IMG/VR virus record: IMGVR_UViG_3300014202_000802
DNA length: 64,000 nucleotides
Origin: a virus
Direction: 5' to 3' (one strand)
The position numbers were made by a program, and so were the translations under genes. Positions 55,876 through 64,000 of the stretch are shown here, in pieces (the first letter of the stretch is position 1; each line of letters opens with the position of its first letter). The notes under the pieces are model-generated. The model saw only the letters and a program-made list of their open reading frames with translations. It was not told the DNA's origin and ran no database searches.

Positions 55876-57926
55876 TCAGAACAATTTTTCAGCGGGTGAT
55901 CCTGTTAATTATCCTAACCGCGGTAAGTTACGGGCAGATTGACGGGCAGAAGTGGAAAAAATGGAATTTAACCTACGGGCAGGGTAACGGTGAGATAAGC
56001 CTGGTTACTCTGAGCAATCCAAGCAGATGGACTGATACAACCGAGATACCATTAACTCCATACACTGACGGGTATGCTTATTTTCACGGAAACGGGAAAA
56101 TGCTGCATACAAGCGTTGTACCTTTCTTTAATACTTACTGGAATTTTACGGATTCATTCAGAATAGTAATTGAGGTAGCGCACAGTAATAAATTAGCTGA
56201 ATATGTTGTGGGAAACTGGAATCCTGTACTTCCGCAATGGATGATAGTATATCATTCAAACCATGCAAACGCTTATAGTTTTCAAATGGCGGGTAAAACA
56301 GAAACATTAGTGATGCCATCTGTAAATGCGGATACGAGTTTCAGGCTTCTTGAAATACGATGGTCGAAGCAGGATAGTATTCTTCGTGTTTGGAATGATG
56401 GGGATTCAGCGTATGCTTATACGGGCTGGGTATTTACATCAAGCTCAACAAGTTTTTCATATGGAACGCTTTGTATAGGTAATCGGGCAGAACAAAATAA
56501 CACAGGGCAATACGTAATTCATCTTGCAAATACCGATGCATATACTTTTAAAGGGCGGATCAAAAGTTTTTTATTTTCCAAAAATGATACCATTGCATCT
56601 TATAATCTTTCCCCGGGTAACTCACAAAATATTGTTCCTGATATGTACATCGGCGGCGATCAGATATATCCTTATTATCCGAGTGAATCAGCCGATCGAT
56701 TTGTGGGTGCGGGGGATTTGGGGCAACCAGGAATGCTATTGTTAAACAATGGCGCAGGGCATGGTATTGATACAATGGATGCCGTATTCACTTATGGTGA
56801 TTTTAAGGATAACTACAGAGATTGTTTTGTGGATTATGGAAGTATATCTGGTTTTGATGCTGGGGTTTGGGCGGAGCCTTACGGCGGGCAGTTTACAATT
56901 TTAAATAATGAATTATATGCTTGTGGTGATTTTTCTTCAGCAAATAGTTTAAGCCCTCTTGAAAGCAATCACGATTCCGCAAAAGGAGTTGTCAAGTGGA
57001 CAGGTACAGAATGGGAGCAGGTTGGTCATGGTTTTGATGGTGATGGCGGTTTTGCGGGCATCCAGTACCTTTTCAGCTATGGCGATACGCTTATAGCAGC
57101 CGGTTATCAAACAACGGCTATAGGTGTGGGGGCTGTGGGGTATGTTGCTCAATTCAAAGGTACAAATTGGGAAGCAATGGGGACCGGATTTAATAATGTA
57201 GGTTTCTGCGGAGCCGAGGCTTATGGCAAGGCTTGGGTTGGCGGATTTTTTACACAGGCCGATGGAAAATCAATACGAAGGATCGCGGTTTGGGATGGTG
57301 TTAAATGGGATTCATTAAAAGGCGGACTGAACGCTAACCTAACCGATATTACACCTTATGTATGGAACGGGGAGCAGGGGTTGCTCCTTGGCGGTTACTT
57401 TACTGAGGCAAGGCAGGGGGGGGTAACTCTTGAGTGTGACGGACTTGTTTTTTGGAGCGTGGATTCAAGCAAGTATAAAATATTTGCCGGGCTGCAATGT
57501 ACATCCGGCAAAGCAGTATATAAAATATTAGAACATGATGGATGGCTTTATTTCGTTGGTGATTTTGACCAGTTGGGTGATGCGACAAGTAAAGGTATTG
57601 CCCGTTGGAAAAATGGCGAGATCGAGAATGTTGGTTCAGGGATTTATGGCTATTACGCAACTGCAATAACAAGCGCGGTAATATTAGATGATATTTTATA
57701 TGTTGGCGGAATGTTCAGCCGGTTCAATAATATGTTAAGTCCGATGTTCGCTGCTGTTAATTTAACTACAGGTGAAGTGATCGATGTAGGTTACGGGCTT
57801 GATATGCGAGTTGAGGATTTGAAAGTATTTAATAACGAGGTGATGATTATAGGTGACGGTTTTCATGCTAACGGTCAGCGGCACTTTATTGTGACAGCCT
57901 ATGACCCGGCTTTAAATATTCCGTAA
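55872..57926 (+). CDS. Secreted-type LamG-like + beta-propeller protein (candidate receptor-binding or surface protein)
   Basis: Signal '...LTAVSYG|Q'; LamG-like 'TLCIGN...FKGRIKSFLF'; repeated propeller blades 'LY.GG.F...G.....IA.WDG..W..LG.G'. Confidence 0.7.
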   Translation: MIRTIFQRVILLIILTAVSYGQIDGQKWKKWNLTYGQGNGEISLVTLSNPSRWTDTTEIPLTPYTDGYAYFHGNGKMLHTSVVPFFNTYWNFTDSFRIVIEVAHSNKLAEYVVGNWNPVLPQWMIVYHSNHANAYSFQMAGKTETLVMPSVNADTSFRLLEIRWSKQDSILRVWNDGDSAYAYTGWVFTSSSTSFSYGTLCIGNRAEQNNTGQYVIHLANTDAYTFKGRIKSFLFSKNDTIASYNLSPGNSQNIVPDMYIGGDQIYPYYPSESADRFVGAGDLGQPGMLLLNNGAGHGIDTMDAVFTYGDFKDNYRDCFVDYGSISGFDAGVWAEPYGGQFTILNNELYACGDFSSANSLSPLESNHDSAKGVVKWTGTEWEQVGHGFDGDGGFAGIQYLFSYGDTLIAAGYQTTAIGVGAVGYVAQFKGTNWEAMGTGFNNVGFCGAEAYGKAWVGGFFTQADGKSIRRIAVWDGVKWDSLKGGLNANLTDITPYVWNGEQGLLLGGYFTEARQGGVTLECDGLVFWSVDSSKYKIFAGLQCTSGKAVYKILEHDGWLYFVGDFDQLGDATSKGIARWKNGEIENVGSGIYGYYATAITSAVILDDILYVGGMFSRFNNMLSPMFAAVNLTTGEVIDVGYGLDMRVEDLKVFNNEVMIIGDGFHANGQRHFIVTAYDPALNIP

Positions 57927-57946
57927 ATTTAATTAATACTATATCA

Positions 57947-58324
57947 ATGAAAACAACAATAATTTTAGCCATGATTTACTTAATATCGGTTTCAGGCTGT
58001 GATGCAAAAGGCAGGCTTGAACACCGTCCCACAGCTCCGGAGATTGAATCACCGGTGGCCGGAAGTTTCGATAATTACGAAACACTTATAAGCTGTAATC
58101 ATGTGAACTATCCCTATGTAGTGCTTGGGTACGATGAGTATCTGTATGAGATAGTGATTATTGAAGGTGCGCCGGTGCTTAGTGTAATTGAGAACAGTTT
58201 GTATGGCATTACCTGGGTACCGGGAGAAGGATATCAGATTAAATATACCGATCCCCAGGAAGAACGGGCATACGCTATAGTGATCGATGGCAACGGGAAT
58301 TTGAGTTTAGAACCTGTTGAGTAA
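57947..58324 (+). CDS. Lipoprotein
   Basis: 'MKTTIILAMIYLISVSG-C' lipobox. Confidence 0.65.
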   Translation: MKTTIILAMIYLISVSGCDAKGRLEHRPTAPEIESPVAGSFDNYETLISCNHVNYPYVVLGYDEYLYEIVIIEGAPVLSVIENSLYGITWVPGEGYQIKYTDPQEERAYAIVIDGNGNLSLEPVE

Positions 58325-58602
58325 TGGATATTTATTCAGTTATAAAGGATTTTGGGTTTCCGATAGCAGTGGCTATTGCGCTTGCCTGGTTTATATTAAA
58401 TCAGCAGAAGCGTAACGACAAGAAAGAAATTGAACGGGAGATATTACACCAAAAAGAGATGGATAAAAAGGACGCATTGCTTGCGAAGAAGGATGAGAAG
58501 ATCGAGAAGATAGCGGATACAAGTATTAATTTTATAAATGTAACGGGGAACGCCTTAACAGAGCTGACCGAATTAATTAAAAAAAACAAATCACAGCAAT
58601 GA
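58324..58602 (+). CDS. Holin-like single-pass membrane protein
   Basis: 'GFPIAVAIALAWFI' followed by coiled coil. Confidence 0.55.
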   Translation: MDIYSVIKDFGFPIAVAIALAWFILNQQKRNDKKEIEREILHQKEMDKKDALLAKKDEKIEKIADTSINFINVTGNALTELTELIKKNKSQQ

Positions 58603-58910
58603 CAGAGATAATAGTTAACGGTATTTCATTTGCGGTATTTTTGTGGATCACGTACTGCCTGATAATGATAGGCAGCCGGTTTTACCGGATGGTAAACGGG
58701 CGTATGAGAGTTCTGATGTATTGGAAGAATTATACACTTGCCTGGGCTACGTTCTGTTATTTGCTTATGACGGTGTTATACTTATTTGATGTGATCGAAA
58801 TACCACTGGTGATGAGGGTGTTCAGCTGTATTGCGATGCTGCCATTCATATATGTTACACATAAGTTTTGGAAACACATCAAGCGAAATCAGATAAACAT
58901 AAACGAATAA
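58599..58910 (+). CDS. Three-helix membrane protein
   Basis: Hydrophobicity pattern. Confidence 0.6.
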   Translation: MTEIIVNGISFAVFLWITYCLIMIGSRFYRMVNGRMRVLMYWKNYTLAWATFCYLLMTVLYLFDVIEIPLVMRVFSCIAMLPFIYVTHKFWKHIKRNQININE

Positions 58911-58914
58911 CATC

Positions 58915-59397
58915 ATGAATATAAATTTTATAGCACTGTTTGTAATATTGGATGTGCTTTCGTTTACGCGCAGGGATAACCCGGGTATATTCTGGAAGCT
59001 GCTTTTTAGCTATTGGATAGGCACCAACGGCAGGAAGATGTATTACATTTACAGGCCGCTGCAGGGAGTGCTGTTTGGGCTTGGCTTGTGGTTATGTTTG
59101 CCGGAGTTTCAGCCGTTTGTGTTTGAGTGGAGTTATTTTACAGGATTGATGTATTCACTGGTCCCTGCAATAGCTTACCTGTTATCGTTTTCGCTTTATG
59201 TAACTGACCTGTGGTATTATGTATTGAACCTTGAGTTTGAGTCGTTGCTCGGTTTTGAGCGCAGGAAAGAGGAAACATTTTGGCTTGAGCACCCTTATCA
59301 GATCGGTCATTATACCTGGAAGGAATTCAGTTTAAAGCAGTTCATGTGGTTTTCGGTATTGGGTACGGTTTTGTTAATAATTTCAAATTTAATATAA
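58915..59397 (+). CDS. Multi-pass membrane protein
   Basis: Hydrophobicity pattern. Confidence 0.6.
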   Translation: MNINFIALFVILDVLSFTRRDNPGIFWKLLFSYWIGTNGRKMYYIYRPLQGVLFGLGLWLCLPEFQPFVFEWSYFTGLMYSLVPAIAYLLSFSLYVTDLWYYVLNLEFESLLGFERRKEETFWLEHPYQIGHYTWKEFSLKQFMWFSVLGTVLLIISNLI

Positions 59398-59401
59398 TTA
59401 T

Positions 59402-59806
59402 ATGGACACAATTCAAAGATTTGCCAATGAAGGGACTACGTTCCTGATATTTATTCTCTCATACAATGAGATCCTTTTTATAGGATGGTTACTTGGCATA
59501 GCTGAGGCAAAGCTTGTTAAGAAAGTACCTATCGATTGGGGCTTTGCGGTGTTCAACTTTCTGCTTATTGTTTCGTTCTGGTTTATCACAGAACGGTTTG
59601 TGCGGCTTGATGTAGCGAAGAATGCATGGGGTGACCTTGGTTATTCGGTATCATTTTTGGTATTGGGATACGGCGCATACAAGGCATTTTTAGCTATAAT
59701 GAAGTACGGCATCCCGGGAATGTTGAAAGCGATCAGGGGCTTTGTAGCGATGTTCATGAAATTACCGCCTGAAAAGAGTTCTCCAGACGATAAAACAGAT
59801 GGATAA
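59402..59806 (+). CDS. Three-helix membrane protein (holin candidate)
   Basis: Hydrophobicity pattern with charged tail. Confidence 0.55.
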   Translation: MDTIQRFANEGTTFLIFILSYNEILFIGWLLGIAEAKLVKKVPIDWGFAVFNFLLIVSFWFITERFVRLDVAKNAWGDLGYSVSFLVLGYGAYKAFLAIMKYGIPGMLKAIRGFVAMFMKLPPEKSSPDDKTDG

Positions 59807-60116
59807 AGTATTTTATATTATAATCGGATTTCTTCTCATAGCTCTATTGGGTTATAATTCGTATGAATACTGGAACAGGGAGCGTGAGGAGATCCGTTTA
59901 AGTGAGCTTGAACTCAAAAAGGCAGCAGAGAATGACAGTCTGAAGCGTGCTAATGATTCACTTAAGCAGGAAAACATCAAGCTCAAAGAAACAGCCGTAA
60001 CGATCGAAACTGAGAAGAAAACCAATTACGGTACTTACAAAGAAAAAAGCAGGGCAGATACAGAGAAACCGGCAAGCGAACAGGGCAAAGTTCTGAAGGA
60101 GCTGATAGCGAAATGA
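59799..60116 (+). CDS. i-spanin-like protein (N-terminal TM + coiled coil)
   Basis: TM helix followed by helical periplasmic segment. Confidence 0.5.
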   Translation: MDKVFYIIIGFLLIALLGYNSYEYWNREREEIRLSELELKKAAENDSLKRANDSLKQENIKLKETAVTIETEKKTNYGTYKEKSRADTEKPASEQGKVLKELIAK

Positions 60117-60478
60117 TAGTATTGCTAATTTTATTAAATATTTGTCATTGGTTAGCTGATTATAGCCACTTATCAACAAATAAAATGCTGGCGGCTAAAA
60201 AGACAGGCAAGCCATTAATGCCGATATTCCAACATGCTTACATGCACGCTACGCTTATGACATGTGTACTTTTATTTTATACTGATGCAAGAACAGCAGT
60301 ATTACTGTGGTCATTCCAATTGGTTACGCATTTCACGATAGATGTTTTGAAAGGTAAATGTAATGTTTGGTTTCCGAGTGTGGCTAACCCGGCCGATAAA
60401 GCACATTGGTATATATTCGGATTTGACCAATTGCTGCATCAAATAGTTATAATTATAATGGTATCCATAGTAACATGA
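60113..60478 (+). CDS. DUF3307-like membrane protein
   Basis: 'CHWLADY', 'THFTID..K', 'GFDQLLHQ'. Confidence 0.75.
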   Translation: MIVLLILLNICHWLADYSHLSTNKMLAAKKTGKPLMPIFQHAYMHATLMTCVLLFYTDARTAVLLWSFQLVTHFTIDVLKGKCNVWFPSVANPADKAHWYIFGFDQLLHQIVIIIMVSIVT

Positions 60479-60828
60479 AAACAATACTCATTACCATATT
60501 GCTGATATCGGCAAACACTTTCAGCCAGGTTACACTTGACAGCGCTGAAGTATCGCGGCTGATCGATAAACTTCACAGGCTTGAATATCTCGAAAAGAAT
60601 GACAGTCTGAATAATGAGCTGCTTAATGTAAAGGACACGATAATAATTAATCTTGAAACAGAGGTGAGTAATTATAGCCGGATGAATTTCAATCTTGAGG
60701 AAACAAATTTTTACCTAAAGAAACAGCTTGCAGAGGTTTCAGAGGGCGGGTTGAAATGGTATCATTATGCAGGCGGTTCAACACTCATTTTGATAATAGG
60801 AATTTTAACAGGATTATTGATTAAATAA
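60475..60828 (+). CDS. Spanin-like protein (signal peptide, coiled coil, C-terminal TM)
   Basis: 'MKTILITILLISANTFS|Q'; C-terminal hydrophobic helix; no lipobox Cys. Confidence 0.5.
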   Translation: MKTILITILLISANTFSQVTLDSAEVSRLIDKLHRLEYLEKNDSLNNELLNVKDTIIINLETEVSNYSRMNFNLEETNFYLKKQLAEVSEGGLKWYHYAGGSTLILIIGILTGLLIK

Positions 60829-61037
60829 TGTTACACAAAGATAAAAAAGCGGTCGTAATAGAGTGTGATAAATGTCACGCAACATCTGCTGCACTTAAAG
60901 AAAATTACAATGAGGTATTTTTTGGTGAAGGCTGGACAATGCAAAAAGGCAAAAAATATACTCATTTGTGTTTTAAATGTAAAACAAGCAAAGCTAAAAA
61001 AGCAAATATTTTCGTAAGGAATAAATTCCCGATATAA
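60828..61037 (+). CDS. Small Zn-finger protein
   Basis: 'ECDKC...HLCFKC'. Confidence 0.55.
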   Translation: MLHKDKKAVVIECDKCHATSAALKENYNEVFFGEGWTMQKGKKYTHLCFKCKTSKAKKANIFVRNKFPI

Positions 61038-61315
61038 TGGCAAAGGTTACTGAAATATCAAATGAAAAAGGAACATATATATTCGATTGCCCCGGGTGTA
61101 AATGTAGTCATGCATATTATACTTCCGGGCCAGTTAAGTGGGGTTTTAACGGTGATGTGAATAATCCAACGTTCACCCCATCATTAAAAAATACTTATCC
61201 TGATGGAAAAGTTTGCCATTTATTCGTAAAAAACGGGAAGATTGAATATTGCGGTGATTGCTTTCATGAATTAAAAGGTCAAACAGTTGAAATGGAAGAA
61301 ATCGAAATTAAATAA
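61037..61315 (+). CDS. DUF6527-like Cys/His protein
   Basis: 'FDCPGCKCSH....W.FNGDVNNPTFTPSL...CHLFVKNG.IEYCGDCFHEL.GQTV'. Confidence 0.7.
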   Translation: MAKVTEISNEKGTYIFDCPGCKCSHAYYTSGPVKWGFNGDVNNPTFTPSLKNTYPDGKVCHLFVKNGKIEYCGDCFHELKGQTVEMEEIEIK

Positions 61316-61438
61316 AACTATCCCGCTCCGGTACTTCGGTACATAACCACAGTTCTCTCCTTGGTTAGTTAATTGAAATACCTCATGCTTCAACTCCAAA
61401 TGCCGGGGCGGGGATTAAAAAAGAAGGAAATTTTCATT

Positions 61439-62215
61439 ATGTATTTAAAACGTGGTATGATAGGTTCAAAAGCTGTAGCATGGGCTGCTTTTTTAGCAAC
61501 ACAGGGATATAATTGCGGTTATCCGCCAGAGATATTCGGGCCTAAGATGTTTCAGGCTACAAAAGATTTTCAGACAAAGCATGGTTTAACTTCTGATGGG
61601 GTTGTATGGGAAGCAACAACCGGCAAAGCAGTGGAGCTTGGTTTTGAAATGCCTGCTAACAAGGCAGTACCGGAAACTGATGGTGTAACAATGGAGCAGC
61701 TTGCTTACATCATGAAAACGGCGAAAAGAGCAACGATCGAAAAGCACCTGCCATTTGTTAATTCCTGTATGAAGAAGTTTGATATCAATACACCGCTTAG
61801 GAAGCAGCATTTCTTAGCACAGGTAGGACATGAATCAATGAGCCTTAAATATATGCATGAGATAGCTTCAGGTGCAGCGTATGAAGGCAGGGGTGATCTT
61901 GGTAATACACAGCCGGGTGATGGTAAAAAGTTCAGAGGACACGGCCCGATACAGCTTACCGGCAGGGCAAATCATACCGCTTATTTTAAATACATAGGCA
62001 GGCCCGAACTGGTCAATAACCCAGAAATACTTGAGAGCGATATGGAATTAGCCTGGGGAGCTTCAGGATGGTACTGGACACCATTCAGAAAGATAAACCG
62101 ATTTGCTGATAAGGATGATGTTAAAATGGTTACAAAGCTTGTTAACGGCGGGTTGAATGGATTTTCAGACAGGCAGCAATATTTAATGAGAGCAAAAGAA
62201 GTTATAACAGAATAA
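61439..62215 (+). CDS. Endolysin: peptidoglycan-binding domain + GH19 glycoside hydrolase
   Basis: 'FGPKMFQATKDFQTKHGLTSDGVV' (PG_binding_1); 'HFLAQVGHES'; 'FRGHGPIQLTGRANH'; 'LVNGGLNGFSDR'. Confidence 0.93.
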   Translation: MYLKRGMIGSKAVAWAAFLATQGYNCGYPPEIFGPKMFQATKDFQTKHGLTSDGVVWEATTGKAVELGFEMPANKAVPETDGVTMEQLAYIMKTAKRATIEKHLPFVNSCMKKFDINTPLRKQHFLAQVGHESMSLKYMHEIASGAAYEGRGDLGNTQPGDGKKFRGHGPIQLTGRANHTAYFKYIGRPELVNNPEILESDMELAWGASGWYWTPFRKINRFADKDDVKMVTKLVNGGLNGFSDRQQYLMRAKEVITE

Positions 62216-62267
62216 GATCCTTCCGCCTCATCCGTGAGGCAACTTTCATACTAACTGCAACGCCGGG

Positions 62268-62296
62268 GCCGGGACTAATCATCCCGGCTTTTTTTT
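62268..62296 (+). terminator. Rho-independent terminator after endolysin
   Basis: GCCGGGA-CTAATCA-TCCCGGC followed by T8. Confidence 0.85.
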
Positions 62297-62460
62297 ATAC
62301 GGAAAATACGGTATCAAATAATTTCATTGTATAACGGTATTGTAATTGGGTTTAGTGTTCTGTTATCTTTGACTTCTCTCCCCTGCGACCTCGAAAAATA
62401 TGATACACTTAAGTATTCGGTAATTATTATATTTAAGAAACCTTTAGGAGAAATACACTT

Positions 62461-62604
62461 ATGAATGATAAAGTACATTTATTGTTGGCGCAGGCATTGA
62501 TAATGATAAGCATCATCATGGATATTACCATGGATGAGAAAACAATGACCCTTGCAGAAGAAGCAGAGGAAAAAATAAAACAGGTTAAAGAGCTGATCGG
62601 TTAA
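62461..62604 (+). CDS. 47-aa protein with own RBS
   Basis: AGGAG RBS; MNDKVHLLLAQALIMISIIMDITMDEKTMTLAEEAEEKIKQVKELIG. Confidence 0.5.
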   Translation: MNDKVHLLLAQALIMISIIMDITMDEKTMTLAEEAEEKIKQVKELIG

Positions 62605-62822
62605 TTCCTATCAGTCAGTCTGCCGTATTTTTTGGTAAGATCGGGTTTTTTCATTACACCACGTTTAGAGAAATCAAGAGGTTTTTTTGTACCGTTTGTT
62701 TTTAGCTTTAAATATAGAGTTTGAGCAATGGGTTTTTGTGCAGCAAAACCACTATCTTTTAAGGTTTTCATTGATGATAAATTTAATTTTTGGAATACAC
62801 CAATATATGAAACAATTGTCAT
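62601..62822 (-). CDS. Small basic ORF downstream of integrase
   Basis: 73 aa, starts 9 nt after the int stop; may be spurious. Confidence 0.35.
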   Translation of the reverse strand: MTIVSYIGVFQKLNLSSMKTLKDSGFAAQKPIAQTLYLKLKTNGTKKPLDFSKRGVMKKPDLTKKYGRLTDRN

Positions 62823-62831
62823 TTAACAGTA

Positions 62832-63833
62832 TCAATAGGTGATACTTTTTACAGCATCTTTGAGCTGCTCAATTTTAGTGTGAGTATATTTTTTAGTCAT
62901 AACAGGTGATTTATGCCTTGCCAGATCTTGAGCGATGTGGAAAGGCAGGTTATTAGCCCATTTAGTTATTGCGGTATGCCTGGTTGAATGAAAGCGCAGT
63001 TCAGGATTAAGACCAAGCCGTTTAACGGTTCTATGGAAAGTTCTGGATAAATAATGAGCGTTCAATTCCCTGCCCCATATAAACCCCGCATGGCTTTTTA
63101 TCTTTGATTGCCGGAGTTCAGTCAGGATATTTAATACTTCTTCATTAAAATAGGCAAATTCAGTTTCCTTCGTAATCTTATTACTCAGTTTAATCCTTGA
63201 ATTCTGATAATCGATCTGATCCCATTTAAGGCTGCATACTTCACCCCGGCGCATACCTGTATTAAAGGCTATTATCACAGCGTAATAGTAATGTTTGTTT
63301 TCTTTCATTTTCTCAAATTCAGAAAGGAAGCATAAGCGTTCTTCATCGGTGAATTCCTTTACAGGTGAAACGACCTTTAATTTTTTGATATCTTTGGCGG
63401 GGTTACTTGGCAGCCATGCCTTTTCAATGGCTAAGTTAAATATCTTTTTAATAATGGCTATTTCGATGTTTAAAGAATAGAATGAATAAAGCTGCCCGGA
63501 TATAGGGTTGAGAGTGGCCCTACGTTCTGAGATGAAGTTCATTAGGTCAACCCGTGTAATATCATTGATTCTGAGGTTCCCCAGGTGCTCTATGAGCCTT
63601 GTTAGCAGGAGCTTGTAGGCTGAATGGGTAGATTTTGAAGTATTAAGCCGTGCATAGTTGAGCGCGAATTCTGCAAGCCTATCCAGACGGATGGTTTTGA
63701 AGTTACCTTTGAAGGTCCGGAAGAACTCATTCGCATCAGCCTTATTTTTGGTTTTAGTAGTAACATTACGGCGCTTACCTGATTCGGTCATACCGATGTA
63801 CCAGATACCGTTTTTTCTTTTGTAAAGAAACAT
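62832..63833 (-). CDS. int: Tyrosine integrase
   Basis: 'TGMRRGEV' (R), 'FHSTRHT' (HxxR), 'RHKSPVMTKKY' (H...Y); AGGAGG RBS. Confidence 0.96.
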   Translation of the reverse strand: MFLYKRKNGIWYIGMTESGKRRNVTTKTKNKADANEFFRTFKGNFKTIRLDRLAEFALNYARLNTSKSTHSAYKLLLTRLIEHLGNLRINDITRVDLMNFISERRATLNPISGQLYSFYSLNIEIAIIKKIFNLAIEKAWLPSNPAKDIKKLKVVSPVKEFTDEERLCFLSEFEKMKENKHYYYAVIIAFNTGMRRGEVCSLKWDQIDYQNSRIKLSNKITKETEFAYFNEEVLNILTELRQSKIKSHAGFIWGRELNAHYLSRTFHRTVKRLGLNPELRFHSTRHTAITKWANNLPFHIAQDLARHKSPVMTKKYTHTKIEQLKDAVKSITY

Positions 63834-63872
63834 ATAAACCTCCTATAATAGAGTTAGTGATACATTATTGAT

Positions 63873-63921
63873 TACTTACCTGCAGGTATATTAAAAATAT
63901 GATACTTGCTTAGACGTAACT
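63873..63921 (-). promoter_or_regulatory. Two repressor-type operators upstream of integrase
   Basis: ACTTAC-N6-GTATAT (63874-63891) and ACTTGC-N6-GTAACT (63904-63921); each has 2 mismatches to ACTTAC-N6-GTAAGT. Confidence 0.6.
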
Positions 63922-63931
63922 ATGAAAAGTT

Positions 63932-63969
63932 AAAAAAATCCTCATATTTAAAATATTAAAATGAGGATT
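63932..63969 (-). terminator. Terminator downstream of tRNA 3' end
   Basis: AATCCTCAT...ATGAGGATT 9-bp stem followed by a T-run on the minus strand. Confidence 0.7.
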
Positions 63970-63982
63970 AAACTCTCTATTT

Positions 63983-64000
63983 GCTCCGAAGGTAGGACTT
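63983..64000 (-). tRNA. 3' end of tRNA-Asn (T-arm + acceptor strand); probable att core
   Basis: Minus strand AAGT-CCTAC-CTTCGGA-G-C. The acceptor 3' strand ending GGA with discriminator G is typical of tRNA-Asn. CCA not encoded; truncated by the window edge. Confidence 0.7.

Larger units (their letters stand above)
1..64000. mobile_element. Near-complete temperate podovirus-like prophage; left end lies just outside the window
   Basis: Ordered modules: repressor, recombination, terminase, portal, capsid, short-tail and ejection proteins, lysis, integrase next to a tRNA 3' end. No tape-measure gene seen. Confidence 0.92.

Noticed and set aside
62407-62425. ACTTA-N9-TAATT as another repressor operator
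   Set aside because: Spacing is one base longer than the four matching operators.
62402-62435. GATACAC followed by TATATTTA as a fifth late promoter
   Set aside because: Lacks the GG prefix, spacing is 19 rather than 25 nt, and the box ends in A.
1-64000. CRISPR array, cas genes, reverse transcriptase/DGR or retron
   Set aside because: No regularly spaced repeats and no RT (YxDD) or Cas motifs seen in any ORF by eye; a profile search would be needed to exclude them fully.
1-64000. Stop-codon reassignment
   Set aside because: Standard-code ORFs tile the window densely, including a 3522-aa gene; TAG and TGA act as normal stops.
63983-64000. Complete phage-encoded tRNA gene
   Set aside because: Only 18 nt are visible; cannot distinguish an intact host tRNA from an att duplicate, and the anticodon is not seen.

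Overview
The window is almost entirely one temperate, short-tailed (podovirus-like) prophage of about 64 kb. The left edge cuts through a CI-like HTH+S24 repressor (minus strand). A long plus-strand block follows: Cro-like gene, RecT/YqaJ recombination, many small genes, a DNA-modification island (frameshifted m6A MTase, large m5C MTase, two ASCH/PUA-like proteins, HerA-like ATPase, DUF5131), an HNH-LexA-DBD fusion, GroES, terminases, portal, scaffold, major capsid, fibre/adaptor/nozzle genes, three ejection-type proteins (one of 3522 aa), secreted and lipoprotein genes, a run of small membrane genes and a GH19 endolysin. The right edge has a tyrosine integrase transcribed inward from the 3' end of a tRNA-Asn (likely att site). 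An FCB-group host (Ignavibacteria/Chlorobi-like) is inferred from TAnnTTTG promoter boxes used alongside Shine-Dalgarno sites and from lipoprotein style. Three signals not explained by standard annotation stand out. (1) Four exactly spaced GGGATACAC-N25-TAnnTTTG late-promoter candidates, the first overlapping the end of a dead-HNH/LexA-DBD fusion that is the candidate activator. (2) Hydrophobic N-terminal leaders ending T-x-V-x-[YW]-G on the scaffold, the major capsid and a LamG/propeller protein. (3) An ACTTAC-N6-GTAAGT operator pair at both the cI/cro switch and the integrase promoter 63 kb away. All family assignments come from motif recognition by eye; no database searches were run.
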